64,000 bases of DNA from Lytechinus pictus. Its lineage: Eukaryota. This document shows, piece after piece, positions 11,699 to 24,794 of the stretch. The stretch is taken from positions 25,794,001 to 25,858,000 of the forward strand of contig NC_087250.1 in the NCBI RefSeq assembly GCF_037042905.1, in the 5' to 3' direction. The notes beneath the pieces are model-generated. The model made no database searches. It was not told the DNA's origin and saw nothing but the letters and a program-made list of their open reading frames with translations. Numbering within the stretch: position 1 is the first letter of the stretch; every line of letters starts with the position of its first letter. The position numbers and the translations under genes are program-made.

Positions 11699-14600
11699 TT
11701 AAGAAAAGCGTTTACTTACTCAACGCTGTGGGCGCCCTTCCCATAAGCGTAATCGATCGTTTGAAAAAAAAAATCGCCTAAGTGACCGGTCTGTCTTTCC
11801 CTTATAGTGTGTTAGCATAGAGATGTATACTAATTAGGCATATATCTATGTGTGTTAGATGCTAGCTATTGCAGGCAACACTCGCGGTCCAGTGCACACA
11901 GCCAGTTATTAGCTTGACTGGTAATTTTTTTACTTTTAAGATCAGATTTATTGTCAAATGTCCGAATAGGGTTGGAAACTTTTAATAACAATGATAGTAA
12001 TATTAATTCTAAATGCAATAACGTTGATTATGATAACGATAATATAATTATAATGATCATAATCACATTGCTTATATTGATTAAAATACTAATATTGCAA
12101 CTAATAAGAATAATAAACATATAATAATAATAACAATTATAATACCAATGTTGATAATAATAACAATGATAATAATAAAACTATGATAATAATAATCAAC
12201 AATAATGGTATGACAATAATATGTTCATTTCTAAAGTGCTGTTACGATATATACATAATCAACTGCTTTTATAACAACAGCAATAATGAAAATGATAATT
12301 TTTATAAACATGCAAATGAATTAAATAATTGCGAGGCCTATTTTAAATATAATTATAATCGATTCCTTTAAATTGGCTTTTATAATGATTTACAGCCCCA
12401 AGATAATCCATGAAAATAAATAACAATTATCAACAGTTATCAATATAATAGGATAATTTCCAAAATCATTTTCCTAATGCTTATATGAAGGAAAAATGAC
12501 CATCAAGTAGGTTTTTTTTTTTTTTTTTTTTTTTTTAAATTCGAAATAGCTGTTTTAAATTAAGCATTAATTACATTTAATCACTAACGATTGCTCTTAT
12601 TGCTGTGATTTTAACATCCGAACATAAAAACACAATCTTTGGGCGAAGCATCAGTGCATGGTCGATAGTGATACTCCATTCATGAGAATCCATTCAATAT
12701 TTTAACATATGTGAATGGTAACGGAAAGAGATGTTTATTTTTATTTTCTTTTACCTGACTTTCATGAATGCTTGTAAGCAACTAACACGGGGACAATGGC
12801 ATATGGTCCTCTCCGAGCGAAAGAGATCTGGTAGTTCCAAAGCGCACTAGCGCACCAAGTGGGAATCGAACCCGGGTCCCCGCAGTCCGAAGCCCCCCGC
12901 TCTACCGACTAAGCTATCTCGCCTTCTTGCAGGGTTGATCTGTTGCAGAGCAAATCCAAGTCGGACGCACTTAAGAACGTAGAAAATCTATTGTGAAATG
13001 GCTTTCTTGACAAAGAGCAACAAAGATACGTGTTTCCAAAGAGAAATTTCGTTCTGGACTGTGGACGTACGACATTATTATTTGCATTTGTTTCTCCCCC
13101 TCTGAACCTTATGAGGAACCTGCTGTTCCGATTCAAACATTTTCGACAAAGACGTTTACTGTGTGTTTTAATACGTTCTGCTTTGCAATGCGAAAACTTT
13201 TTTAATTTCAACTCTCCCGACAGGGCTCGACTATAACGGGGGCCCGGGGGGGGGGGGGGCAATGGCCACCCGAAACGGAGTAGGGTCATCCCAACAGGTC
13301 GGAACAGAGGCCAGGGTGGCCACCCAAAAATAACAAAATGAAAAAAACTAAATATCATTATTTATTTGGCAAAATGAAAATTACATAAAGAATGCAGACA
13401 ATTCAAATGTCAAGAAAAATAGGCCTATTAATCAAAATTTTGAAGTTGTAGACGTGTCTTTTTTTTCAATCATGCATGGTTTCTGTCTCTGTGTTTTTTT
13501 TCTGTAGGCTTTTTTTTAATTCTAGGTGCTCCAATCGCAATCCTGGTACAGTTTTTATGGGGAAAAAAATCATCATAGATTGCTTTTCGAAACGGAGCTT
13601 AATAACATCCCAAATCACTTAAACTCGTGAATTACAACTTGTTAAGTTCTTTTATATTTCTTTGTGGAGGAGGAAGTAAATATCAGATGATAAATCATCA
13701 AACAACAAACTTAAAGGTTGTCGGGACTTACTCTCTTGAGTATGATTGACGCTTGTGCAGTTAAAAGCTAGCCTCTCTGCAAAGCCCAAACTCCGGGGGG
13801 GGGGGGACAATCTCTCAGTAAAGGCACCAGTGGATGGTAATATTCTGTAAACTTTTAAGTAGAGTTTACATTTCATGTTAATTTTGAAAACTGCTGATAA
13901 AGGTTGATGATTTTTTTCATTGTGTTGTATATTTAACTTATTAATGAATGTATTCTCACTGAATTTAGACTCCCCCAGAAAGAAATGCAATTTTCGTGGA
14001 GATCTGCGTTTTGAAATAACTTCTGAAAACGTAAGGTGCATTTCATTGGTCTACGGATTTTATACTTAAAATACTGTTATATGGAAATAAATAAACAGAT
14101 CAATTTGCTAGAAAGATTACGGCCAGTGATTTTTATAATCGATCTAATTGGTCTGTAAATGCGAAGGGGTGAATTAATTTCAACTTTTTTTTTTATCTTA
14201 CTATAGTTGCAGAGCTATGTCCGATTTCTGTATTTTGACTATTTTGTATCAAATTGCATTCATTTTTAAAAGACTGTTACAACAGTCATGACTTGTGATG
14301 TTTAAATGTGCAGTGTGATCAGTTTGTGGTACGAGAGAGAGAAAATATCGTCGATAAAAAGCAGAGGATTAGAAATTGATTTGTTTGCAGCAAACATATT
14401 TTGAATAATCATTTTTAATATTTGGATGTAATATTTATTGAATTATACTAAAAACGAGAACAAGGATGTAATTTCGATTTTACATTTTATTAGGTAAAAA
14501 TAGTATTGTCAACTGTTTTATAAATATAAAAAGATTATATATATAAAATGGAATACAATGAATATTTTGTCTTAGTTAAGACTAATGATCCAAATCTCTT

Positions 14601-15243
14601 TTTGATAAGGCAAGTAATACGATCACTTGTCTTTATTACTACTATGCACTTCAAAAGGAAAATAAGAAGCGGGAAAGAAAAGAAGGGGTGGGTTGGAGGG
14701 AAAGGGAAAAGAGAGAGCGAGAGAGAGAGAGAGAGGGGGGGGGGAGGGGTAAAAGAAAATGAAAGGGAAAAACGTTTGACCAATTATTTCACGTAAGCTC
14801 CTCCACTAGCAGTTCTTCGGTGCGCAACGCACAATCATTTGAAAAGTATCCGTCAAATGACAATAAACAATTTGGAGATCTTTAAAAAAGAATAATCAAT
14901 CGGAACAGCAGCAGTTTCCTCCCAAGATTCGCAGCGAAAAAAACTGAAGAAAAAATGCAATTCTATGTCATATTTTTTGTAGACTCCAGGTCGAAGCCAC
15001 TATAATATCATTCCTTTCTACACAATTCTACTGACAGATAGAAGATCAAATGCTTTTACCTTCATGCAAACAGCTATAGCTTTACGTTTTATTATTATTA
15101 TTATTATTTTTTTTTTTTTGGGGGGGGGTTATTTTTTTATTCATGGAATTAGTGCGTTCCCTCTGTTATTGTTCTGTGTTATCACTTTATACCCTCATAT
15201 CTTTCTTTTTTTTTCAACAAGTGCACATCAAGTTAGCAATAGT

Positions 15244-15540
15244 GGAGCGTTGTGGCCCAGTGGATTAGTCTTCGGACTTTGAAACAGAGGGTCGTGGGTT
15301 CAAATCCCAGCCATGGCGTAATTTTCTTCAGTAAGAAATCCATCACTGCGTGGTGCACTCGACCCAGGTGATGTTTATGGGTACCGGCAAGAAGGAATTC
15401 CTAAAAAAAAGCTGTGTGCGCCTTAATCGGCTGCCTAGCTTAGCCGGGGTAATAATAATAGCAGTGCCTTTTTAAAGCGTCATGGGCGCCGAAAGGTGGA
15501 GCTGTGCGCTATATAAGTTGCCACGATTATTATTATTAGT
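15244..15540 (+). mobile_element. tRNA-derived SINE; related copy at about 57290-57564 (-)
   Basis: TGGCCCAGTGG A box, GGTTCAAATCCC B box, GTGCACTCGACCCAGGTG core, (TAT)n tail. Confidence 0.85.
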
Positions 15541-15587
15541 GTTATTGTTAATGCATATAGTTTTCCATTTATTTGAAAGCAGCACTG

Positions 15588-15871
15588 TACATTAAATGCT
15601 TTGCTCACGGGCATAGGTGCCGCGGCCGGGGATCGAACCCCGGACTTTCTGTGTATAGCCAGGCGCCTTAGACCACTCGGTCACATTTTGTTTTAAACAA
15701 GTGCATACCAAGTTAGCAATAATGTATATAGCAATTCCATTTGCTTGAAAGCAGGATAAAAGAGCAATGTACATTAAATGCCTTGCTTACGGGCATAAGA
15801 GCCGCGGCCGGGGATAGAACCCCGGACTTTTCTGTGTATAGCCAGGCGCTTTAGACCACTCGGTCACGGCC
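15588..15871 (-). mobile_element. Two tandem tRNA-derived SINE heads (15588-15684 and 15768-15871)
   Basis: GTGACCGAGTGGTCTAA...GGTTC(G/T)ATCCCCGGCCGCGG...TATGCCCGT occurs twice. Confidence 0.8.
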
Positions 15872-18800
15872 CTTTTTGTAATCGATATATTGACGTTTGT
15901 AATCGATCTAATCGGTTTATTCTTGGGATATGGTACTATAATTATGGTTATTTATTGTCAATAACTTCAACCTTCTTTTTTCTCTTAGACTGTAGATGGG
16001 TAACACCGTGCTTATATAATATTTGTGTATTTTTTGTACTTTGTAAATGACGGTTACATCAGGCATGACTTGTTCTGATTAAATATGCAATATGATCAGC
16101 TTGTGTTACGAGATAAAAGAACAAAACCACTGTAAAAAATAATTAAAGCGAAACAGGAAACAGATCATTAGAACTGGATTTGTTTGCAGTAAACGTAGGG
16201 TACCTTATAAGTCGTGACAACTTTCGTAAAAACAAAAATTGTATTTTTTATGCACAATAGATGATGAAATGCATGTTATCCGTTGCATATGTTCCTTGCT
16301 CCAAAAAAATACGCATAACTGTTTTTAAAATTTATTTTATTCATATATAATAAAAAGGTTTTCCTATCTGTGATCTAGCTCGTCGGTATTTTTATAATAG
16401 TAACTTACTCTATTTGGCAAGACGAGTAATACGTTCAATTGTCTTCAACAACGTGAATTCACTGGAACAATGCGACCTTTTCGGACAGTAATGTGGTGTA
16501 ACACGGGGGGGGGGGGGGGGGGATGGGAAAGGGGAAAGCAAAAACGTAGAAAGAAGAAAGTACAAATTAAACGAAGGAGGAATAAAAGTAGATCAGAAAA
16601 AAACTCCCGAAATACTAATAAATGAGTGAGAGATGAGAGATAAATTAAGAAATGGCAAAATGGAACGGAAATTTAAGGCGGGTAAGGGAAAGAAAAGAGA
16701 GTGGAGGGATTCTGATCACTAGACGGGGAATTGTTTAATTTTAATTCGACTGTAAGCATACTGCTTCTCATCCGTTCAGAGGGGGTTTTGCACAACAACG
16801 GCGAATGTATCCCACAATGCACCAATTCCTTCGAAAAAAATGCAAGTCAAATCATAACTGTTGAGAGACGATAAATCAAAGCAATAGTTTCTTTCGTTTT
16901 TGTGACTCTGGACTTACGAAATATTCATAATTTTTAGTCTGCTCTGAAACGTCATACGAAGCTGAAGCTCAGATTCAGCGAGCCTCGACAAAGACCTCGC
17001 TGTGATTTGAGTTGCAATTTTCAAATAAATTGGTGCTTTGTAAGATTCATTCTGCGTAGCTTTGCTGAACATTCCCTACCTCAAAATAAAGGTAACTCAG
17101 ACACATAGTGACGAAAAAATGTTGTTGAAAGCCCCTCCCCGTTACCATTACCTGAAATGACTTGTCGTATGTTATCGTCTGACAATGAACTTAGTAACAT
17201 ATGTCAATCAGGTCCGCATCTTACAAAGAGTTACGATAGATCCGATCTATCACAACTATGGAAAGCCAGCAACGTCAACATCTTAAATGCATGTTTGTTT
17301 GAAATATGCTATATATTAATACATTCATTGTTTTCTTGAAATTTCGAATGTGCTTCTCTTTGTTTGCAAAGGTCCTTGGCCAGTGATTTTGATAATCGAT
17401 CTAATTGGATTAGGTATGTGAAGGCATATAGTTTTGTCGTGTCAATCAATAATTTTAACCTTCTTTTTCTTTCACAATCAAGAGTTGCACATGGCTTATA
17501 TACGATTTGTGTATTTTGACCATTTTGTATCAAAATTGCATTATTTTGTAAATTACTGTTACAACAGTCATGAATTGTGATGTTTAAGTGTGCATTGTGA
17601 TCAATTTGTGTTACGAGAGAAAATGAACAAAAACATCGTAGTTAAAAAGCAGAGGATTATAAATTGATTTGTTTGCAGTAAACATATTTTGAATCATCAT
17701 TTATAATATTTGCTTTAAGTATTCTTTGAATTACACCCAATACGATAATGAAGTATGTATTTTTCCATTTCAAATTGTATAAAATTAAAATAGTATTGTC
17801 AACTGTTTTAAAAGAATAATAAAAATACATTATATATGAATATTAATTTCCTTAAATTGTCAATTCTTTGAAGACTCTTCGAAAAATCTCTTTTTGTTAA
17901 GACAAGTAATACGATCACTTGTCTTTATCAATATTTGTATATTTCTACAAACCGCTGCGGACGTAAGAGGCAGCTAGCTCGCAAGGAAAATAAAGAAAAA
18001 GCGGGAAAGGGAAAGAAAGGTGGGGGGGGGGGGGGAGGAAAGGAAATTGAAAAACGTAAGACCAGTTATTTAATGTAAGCTCACCCACCCTTAGGTCACT
18101 AGTAGTTCTTTGGTTCGCAACGCACAATGATTTGAAAAATATCCTTCAAATGACAATGAACAACTTGGAGATAATAGTTAAAACGGAACTGCAGTTTCCT
18201 CCCAAGATTCTGAGCGAAAAAACGCACGAATAATTGCAATTCTATGTAATTTTCCCCCCATAATCCATGTCGAAGCCACTATCATGTCATTCCTTTCTAC
18301 ACAATCCTACTGTCAGACAGACAACCAAATATTATTACCTGCATGCAAACAGCTATAGCTTTACCTTTCCGTTTGTGGTAGTGTTTGAATTTATGGTATT
18401 AGTGCGTTCCGTCTGTTATGGCTCAGCGTTTATTAGTGTTACATCACTTATATCCTCAGATAAATTTTTGTAACCGATACATTGCTGTTTATAATCGATC
18501 TAATTAGTTTAGGCATTGATAGTTGTACTCTTAAAGGATTTTTTTCTTGTCAATAAGTTCAACTTTCTTTTTCTCTCACACCGTAGAAGGGTAACACATT
18601 GTTTATATATTTTTTTCGTATTTTTACTACTTTTTAAATGACGGTTACGACAGCCATGCCTAGTGATGTTTAAGTGCGCGTAATAATCAGTTTGTGTTAT
18701 GAGAGAAAAAAACAACAAAATACTTTAAACAAAAAACAGCTAAGAGCTTAAGAACTTGATTTGTTTGCGGTAAGAAACATCGGTTACCTTGTAAGTCGTA

Positions 18801-20498
18801 ACAACATTTAGTGTTGAAATTTTTGTATATTCTATGAACAAAAGATGATAAATTGCATGTTACCCGTTTCATATGTTACTGTGTCGAAAGTAAATCTACT
18901 AAATTAAAAAAAAAATATTAAATTTGCATTAATAAAGAAATGTTCCTTGAATAAGTGATTCAAGTCGTCGGAAGTTTTATAATAGGAATTTCACTCTTTT
19001 TGGCAAGACAAGTAATACGTTCACTTGTCTTCAATAACATAATTTTTTTCTCTATCAATGCAACCCTTCCGGACATGTGTGTAAATGGCGGGGAAGGGGT
19101 CATTCCCCTCCTAATGGCAGAGCTAACCAGGAACATGAAGAAAATAAAAAAAAAACGGGAAAGGGAAAGAAAACGGGGAAGAGTGGGGGGATTGAAAAGG
19201 GTAAAGATAGGGGAAAGCAAAAACATAAAGAGAAGAAAGGTAAAATTATACGAAGAAGACCATGTTGGAATGAAAAAAAAAAACATCCCGATATACTGAT
19301 AAATTAGTGAGAACTGATAAATAAATTAAGAAATGGCAAATTGGAACTGGAATCCATGGCGGTAAAGGGAAAGAAAAGAGACCAAAAGGGACGGAAAATA
19401 AGGATAGGATGGAGTGAGATAAAATGCTAAGGTAAAACTAAATTGAAAAAAAATAAGGAAAAAATAAGAAAAAAGGAGAAGTATCTAAAAACACGGCCTG
19501 CCTGCCGAGGTTTTAAAATAGTTTTTGTAAGATTAAATTTAAAAAAGCGCCAACGGGTACTTAAATGGAATCCACCCTTGGTCATAAAATGTTGCGTTGG
19601 AAAGGGGGAAAAGGAAAAAAAGAAAGTTATGGCTGCTTTAAAATTGAGTTCCCTAAGACTAAGTATATTTCAAATTGGTAACTCGGTAAGTAAATTATTC
19701 CAAATTAAGGGGCAAGGACAACTTTCATAATAGGCAATTAGGGATTCGCGATTTTCTCCCTACTACCCATTCCGCTGAGACAGTAGTCTAAGTACAAACC
19801 AGCTCGTATATTGTTTTATGTTTTCAAGAAATAAACATGAATAAACAGAAGAATAGTCATTGCCTTACATTACGAAAACATCACAGATGCATCCGATTCG
19901 AAGTGTCCATGGGTATAATGATCAACATTATTTTACAACTTTTGAAAAATCATAATGTTCGTATTGTTTGCCCGATATTGTTCAAACTTTTATACATACC
20001 AACTAATCTGATTTTCTATTTCCTCTGAAACAAATTTTTATTGGGTTGATTCCCCAGTATTGTGTAATTGCTCAGAAATTATTGCCTTTCAAAAAAATAC
20101 TTGACCAATCACGTGGCAGGCTTTGCAAGCTACAAATGATAATCTCTTACAAATTCCAGTTGCTAAGAAATCTTGCGGGATTGGGCCTTTGCTCGTACAG
20201 GGCCTTGCCTGTGGAATTTTCTTTTACATAGTCTGAAAACCTAGACTTTAGTGACAATTTCCAAGGGAAACCTGAAAACATACCTGTCAAAGATTGCTTT
20301 TTGATAGACATTGACTTATTGTTCAGACATGTATTATATGTAAATAGTTTTTGTTGTTCTGCTCTGAAGAAGCGCCTTGAGCATCAAATCAAGATGGAAA
20401 GAGCGCTATACAAATCTCATGTATCATTATCATGATAAATGTGTCGGTCTACATATATGAATTTCACATTCTTAAATATATTCTTTTATCCAGTCCTA

Positions 20499-21345
20499 GA
20501 GCAGTGAACGAGAACGACGCAGCAGTCGTCTGATCGTTTGAGTCAACGTCGCGACGTCGTCTGCCCTTGTTCACTACAATTGCGAATACTTCAGATTTCA
20601 TTCGACTTGTACATGTACGTACGTCCACGTGAAACAGCGCGATAACCAGCGGGTCATGACACGCTGCCCGTCCCGGAAGATCTGGCGTACCATCGCCTGG
20701 CGACCCGGTCGGATGATGCGAAGGTGCAACTTGTGCACACGTGCCCTTTCACTTGCTTTGATTCCTTTTTACTCGAGTAAGGATATATATCGATATAAAT
20801 TTTTGAGGTCAGAAAGCAATTCCAAATATGATAAATACAATGCATCGTACAACTTCATGCTTCATGCTCCATGCTGGGCTTGAACGGTCAAAATGACGTC
20901 ACTCACGTACACGTCCACTATGATTTAGGAGAACCGCAAAATGGATGTGGCGAGGTTCTCGATTCTGATAGTGGACGTGTGTGAGGACCTGAGGCATATG
21001 GAACGCCAAAAAATGACGTCATCTCGTACCAGTCGACTATGTGGACGTACATTTCTAAAAGTGCTCAGTAAAGACACTGAGCACTTTTAGAAATGTACTT
21101 GTGCACAAGTTGCACATTCGCATCACCCGACCGGGTCGCCAGGCGATGGTACGCCAGATCTTCCGGGACGGGCAGCGTGTCATGACCCGCTGGTTAAACA
21201 TGGTTATCGCGCTGTTTCACGTGGACGTACGTACACGTACAAGTCGAGTGAAATCTATAGTATTCGCAACTGAAGTGAACAAGGGCAGACGACGACGTTG
21301 ACTCAAACGATCAGACGGCTGCTACGCCGTTCTTGTTCACTGCTC
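20499..21345. mobile_element. Foldback element/MITE with ~245-bp inverted arms (PIF/Harbinger-like)
   Basis: GAGCAGTGAAC...GTTCACTGCTC termini; CTA on both flanks; arms near-identical in reverse complement. Confidence 0.88.
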
Positions 21346-22504
21346 CTAAAACTCTCCAATAATATCAATGGGACGTCAGTTTCGACAGCGCACCAACGTC
21401 CCAACACAAAAACATTTCGAAATAAAGTTGACAACTAAACCTCTCTTTTGTTTAAACATATACAAAGAAAAATTAGATTAATTTAAAACGGTCAACCACT
21501 AAATTAATCTTCATAAATAAACAGAAAATCATAATGGTGTTTTTGGAACTATGATTTTTATTTTTTATTTTATTTTAGAAATGCACGATAAGCATGCTAT
21601 TCTGTTAATAACTATTTGTTGTTCTTGTAACAAATTATCTTGGGATTGCGAATTAGTTGTTATTGAATAAAATTGAATCGATTATAATTTGATGGAAGGT
21701 GAATAGGGTACATTTCGTTAGACTACGTCTGACATGTTCGTAGAACTGACGGGTAAATTCCAACGCACTGATCAACTGGACTGGTTTGTCACCATGGTCA
21801 TGATCAGTAAAATGATGCGCTATGTCGAGAACATTCCAATCTCTCTTCTTGAACGATATTTCAAAGCATTCTTTAAGAAAAAAAATCGAGGCAGGACTGA
21901 AAATTTTAAGTCCAAGATAGTCTGGTTCAAAGTCTCCAAAACAGGGTTAGCCCTTATCGTAATGGGACAGAGAAAAAAGATAGCGAATGGCAATACCACT
22001 TTTTCTTCACGATTATTAAATATGTTTTTACTAAAATTTCGTTACTAATGGCATAACTGGGACCTCATGTCTCAATTGAAACCAAGAGCTTAGGAAATCG
22101 TTCATGCATGGCAGAATACAAACAATAGATATTGAGACATATCACAAACGATTTGCGCAGAAACTTGCGTGTGAACCTGAATCTACTCTCATTTCAGGGA
22201 TCAGTGAGAGAATCCTAACAAAGAATACAAAAGAAATGCGAATGAGCCAATCGTCGAATAAGCACGGTCGTCGTATCACGAACCAGTCTTGTCCAATTTT
22301 TCTGCGCAACGTTGTTTTGACTTTAAAATTTCTAACTCGTCTTGCTCATTAATGCGTGAGGTGTTCGTATCATATATTAAATGCTGTAACTCCCGAATTT
22401 ATAAGATGAATAATAGCTATGTATGAGTGTTTTTTTTTCACTGTTTCGTATTCAAAGTTGATCTAAACAATTTGAGGTAACGATGTTGCTTAGAATTGCT
22501 TACA

Positions 22505-22675
22505 ACTGGGCTTTGTGGCGTGCGCCTGTAATCCAAGCTATGTGGGAAAGCTACAAATTGATGCAGAGGTTCAAGGTTCGAGCCCTGGTCAGGTCTTTCG
22601 GATGCAGGTGACGTAGATAATCATATCTTATTGATACACGTCTGACAAAACTAAAATACACACACACACACACAC
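22505..22675 (+). mobile_element. SINE with 7SL/Alu-domain-like head, copy 2
   Basis: ACTGGGCTTTGTGGCGTGCGCCTGTAATCCAAGCTA head, B-box-like GGTTCGAGCCC, (CA)n tail. Confidence 0.8.
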
Positions 22676-22850
22676 GCGCTCAGAAAATGAACTGTACTTT
22701 TACTTTTTATTTTCGAAAAAAACCTCTCAGCTGGCCATTATGATTTGAACTGCATTTACAAACGAGTTGGTGCTTTATAAAAAGCGCCTTCGAATTAATT
22801 GCAAGAATAGGCAAATCTTTTAGCTTAGATGTCAAGGCGAAGGGAGTTAA

Positions 22851-23237
22851 AGTGATTGTTTAACATTGATTTGACTTTTTAAAAATCTGAGCTAGAAGGT
22901 CACACTTGTCACCTGTGTCTGTGATATGTTACAAAAATGAAGCCCAGAAAAAATTGCGTTCGAAAATAATTATTAAGTGCTTCAAAAATTGAAATATAAA
23001 GTGACCGGAAACACCACCTTAATTTCATACCATACACTTATCCTGCTTATGTGTACTATTTAGGCGTCTATTAGACGCCTATTTACAAAATCAGGGTTTG
23101 CCTTGTAGTTTTAGCTTTTCATTGTCAATAATGGTTGTTTTTAGGGTTTATTAGTTATAATACAAGCACTTGTACACATGTTTCATCTTGGTTTAAGAAT
23201 TTTTTAAATCGGCTGCTCACAAAGTTAAACGATACCT
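22851..23237. mobile_element. TTAA-flanked (Kolobok-like) MITE
   Basis: TTAA|AGTGATTGTTTAAC...GTTAAACGATACCT|TTAA; sibling tandem units lack it. Confidence 0.8.
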
Positions 23238-23471
23238 TTAACAACAATTGCATTTTGGGGGCATTCACAAGCAGTACTTAATAGGGAAATTACATAATCG
23301 ATGAATAAAACAAAGTTATTGCATATTTTGGTCCTTATTTCATGTGTTAACATAAAAAATCTTATACTTATCTGCCTATCTTCCTTACTTATAAAAAAAA
23401 ATATAAAAAATATATATGAACATTATGATGATTTCAACAAACCTATAATAAATAAATACAATGCTAACCTG

Positions 23472-23638
23472 GGGGCCGTTTCATAAAGCTGTTCGTAAGT
23501 TAAGAGCGACTTTAAGAACGACTGGTGATCCTTTCTTACGCGCTAAACCGTCGCCAAATATACAATTTAACACAAGAAAGGATCACCAGTCGTTCTTAAA
23601 GTCGCCTTAACTTACGAACAGCTTTATGAAACACCCAC
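23472..23638. mobile_element. Palindromic MITE with CTG TSD (PIF/Harbinger-like)
   Basis: GTTTCATAAAGCTGTTCGTAAGTTAAG and its reverse complement; CTG both sides; empty site AACCTGATATATTATG near 24995. Confidence 0.88.
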
Positions 23639-24215
23639 CTGATATATTATGTTTTTTTTAATTGTTATTAATACATTTTATTAGCACTAAAGTGTATTAG
23701 CAAGAAAACTGCAGTGTCGACACATTCTGCCGGACACCTGCATGATGCAAAGAGGTGTTTAACATATTTATAGGGATATGTAAATTAGGGTATTATTATT
23801 TAGAGTATATAGAGACAACGTGCATCTTTAAACGTTGCTGAAAGTGACAAACGATTTATAAATTGTAACGGTTGGTCCTTATTGTCTCTTTGTGCGAGGA
23901 AAGCGAGAAATGTGGTTAGAATTGTAAATTGAAAAATTAGACATCAAATAGTTATATTTAACATCTACGAATATTAAGCATGGGTTGGACCTACATGTGA
24001 CTAAGTTTAACAATCTGAAAGAGGTGGGTTTTTAATTGTATTTTGAATTTCTCAAGCTTTCTTTTAACTTTCGACAAAAACCTCTCAGCTGTCCATTATG
24101 ATTTGAATTGCATTTAAAAGGAATTGCAAAAATACGCAAATATTTTTGCTTAGATGTCAAGGCGAAGGGAGTAAACAGTGATCGCATTTTGGGAGCATTC
24201 ATAAGTAGTACTTAA

Positions 24216-24794
24216 AGGTCAAGTCCACCCCAGAAAAATGTTGATTTGAATAAATGCAGAATAATCTAACCAGCATAACACTGAAATTTTCATCAAAATT
24301 GGATGTGAAATGAGAAAGTTATGACATTTTAATATTTCGCATGTTTTACTCAAACCGGTCATTATTCACAAGTCAGTGTTGTCCATCATTTATTATTTCT
24401 TGTGTTTTTTTATTGTTTGAATTATACAATATTTCAATTTTTACAGAATTGACAATGATATAAGACTTTTTTGAACCACATAATGTTAAGCAATGTTAAT
24501 TTTACATGTAAGGGAGGAATAAAACTCCATTGCACATGGAAGGGGGGGGGGTCAGAATATTTCCTATTTCCTATAATAGAATACAAAGGAAATAATGAGT
24601 GGGTGACGTCATCAGTCCCCTCATTTGCATATCGACCCTGATGTGCATATTACTCTTTTATGAAATTAAGCGAAATTCAAAAATGTCATAACTCTATTAT
24701 TTTACATCCGATTTTGATAAATTTTTCAGTGTTATGCTTGCGGGATTTTTCTCTTGTTATTCACATCAACTTTTTGTTGGGGTGTTCTTGTCCT
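24216..24794. mobile_element. TTAA-flanked (Kolobok-like) MITE; paralog at 38548-39023
   Basis: TTAA|AGGTCAAGTCCACCCC ... CTTGTCCT|TTAA. Confidence 0.85.

Larger units (their letters stand above)
14100..19380. repeat. Old tandem duplication: 14100-15200 ~ 17380-18470 and 15870-16700 ~ 18470-19380; all four subunits related
   Basis: Recurring AATCGATCTAAT, GATTTGTTTGC(A/G)G, AGTAATACG(A/T)TCA(C/A)TTGTCTT at four positions. Confidence 0.85.

Noticed and set aside
20629..21301. ORFs within the foldback element (also 37033-37695) as a transposase
   Set aside because: Short, no recognisable DDE motif, and frames differ between the two copies.
22505..22675. A genuine 7SL/SRP RNA gene or human Alu contamination
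   Set aside because: Only the first ~45 nt resemble 7SL; there is no S domain, no Alu dimer or poly-A tail, and one copy is integrated with a TSD in host duplicated sequence.
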